Part shown: positions 62,746-64,000 of the stretch, one piece after another | Layout: each line of letters starts with the position of its first letter | Position numbering within the stretch: position 1 is the first letter of the stretch | Assembly: GCA_010909165.1 (NCBI GenBank) | Contig: VJWM01000259.1 | Span: 1 to 64,000 of the forward strand | Source: Anthoceros angustus | Taxonomy: Eukaryota > Plantae > Anthocerotophyta | Length of the DNA stretch: 64,000 nucleotides | Direction of reading: 5' to 3' | The notes under the pieces: generated by a model | Told to the model about the DNA's origin: nothing | The model's input: only the letters and a program-made list of their open reading frames with translations | The model's database searches: none | Position numbers and translations under genes: made by a program

Positions 62746-64000
62746 CCGGTAAGGATCAAGCAATACAGTGAATCCCAAGTATTCCATGGTTGTTAAGATC
62801 GGCTCGATCAATATTTGAGAGGCGGGGAGTAATCACCGGTGCTCAGCGAGTGGGTCGCACCATTGTGATTGTCAGAAAGCGGCGGGGAAAGGTTCGGGAT
62901 GCGATTTGAGCTCAATAACAGAAGAAGGATCATCACCCTTTACCTTTCATGGACGTGTCTTGGACACGATGGCGACATGAGATGTACGATTTTCTTGGGA
63001 GGTATTTCGGTACAATCAAATTTCGCTACGGAAGGAGGATCGGACAAGACAACATTCACGATTGGGGAACTTGCTATTGAAGCTCCCTTTCGGGTTGTGC
63101 AATGCCCGCCACTTTCCAGTAGCGTGGTGAAGCGATATTCGAGATTTCGAGAAGTTCATGGAGGTATTCTGGATGATTTTTGCGTGTTTGGGAGAGGCAT
63201 TTAGACCATTTGAGGCAATGTTTTGAATGCGAGAGTCAACATGAAACTTCATCCAGGAAGTGTTATTTTATGACGGAGGCATTTTGTTAGCACATCGAGT
63301 CTCATGAGGATTACGGTAGATAAGGAGGTAGCGGTGATATGAGATGGACCCAAAGCATGAGCGGTCGAGCTTTAGGACTAGTAGGTATTACGGGAGGTTC
63401 ATCAAGGATTTCGCCAAGAAGGCGGCCTTGTTGACACAATTGACCAAAAGGATACACCTTTGAATGGACGAGCAGGGAGGCTTTTGATTGAAGGACGCTT
63501 GGTGAGCGCGCGTACAACCGCCGGATTGGAGAAACCGTTTCATGTATCGTGGATGTGTCCGCTTATGCCATTGGGACCGTCTTAAGCAAGAAGAAAGCGG
63601 GATCATCCGATTTTCTATGGCGACTCACGGATCTGAAAAGAACTACTCAACCACGGGCGGGAGGGTCTTGGTATCATTTACTCTGTAAGTTTAGACACTA
63701 TCGCTTGCAAGGTGACGTTCATGTTGACCATTTTGCGTTGAAGTATCTTGTCAACAAGCGGTTGTCGGGAAGGATTGCCGGATGGGTACTCTGCTGCAAG
63801 AGTTTGACTATACGTAGAAACTAGGCCGGAAACAAAACTTTCATTTCTCGTCTGGCGGAGGCGACTTGGCCACGATGAGATTTCTGACGAGGAGTTGGTT
63901 GCCACAGGTCGAAGGAGGACGTGAGCATGTTGTAGACGGCCTAAGAATTGATCAGCAAGTCTTGTTGCAGAGGCCAAATGAGCAAGAAGGGGCGTTGTGC
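62746..64000 (+). mobile_element. Family F pol fragment (RT-RNase H), plus orientation, running off the window
   Basis: Reverse-complement homolog of ~48730-50010; EVHGGILDDFCVFG, DVSAYAIGTVL, VDHFALKYLVNK. Confidence 0.88.

Overview
Eukaryotic, plant-type heterochromatic DNA made entirely of nested retrotransposons. I see no host gene, RNA gene or CRISPR array. Nearly all reading frames are broken by small indels, many at CAG/CTG sites, and there are many 0.6-1.3 kb tandem duplications, so long-read consensus error probably contributes. Layout: (i) Ty3/gypsy-like element A (+, 136-30786), interrupted by Ty1/copia element B (-, 5489-13207) and by a second gypsy-like element C (-, 15675-28840); (ii) two copia elements D and E (+, about 30787-41560); (iii) several Athila-like gypsy copies, family F (1-135 and about 41560-64000). 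The main result is that A and C, two clearly different families, share an unusual design. Each has a C5-cytosine DNA methyltransferase domain between protease and RT, with the catalytic motif reading E-C instead of P-C. Each has a PHD finger at the integrase C-terminus. Their termini are split direct repeats (A1-[gag-pol]-B1-A2-B2) instead of two LTRs, even though both encode a DDE integrase. Neither has a tRNA PBS; each has a self-complementary primer-site-like sequence instead. All domain calls come from reading motifs across frameshifts by eye, and coordinates are approximate.
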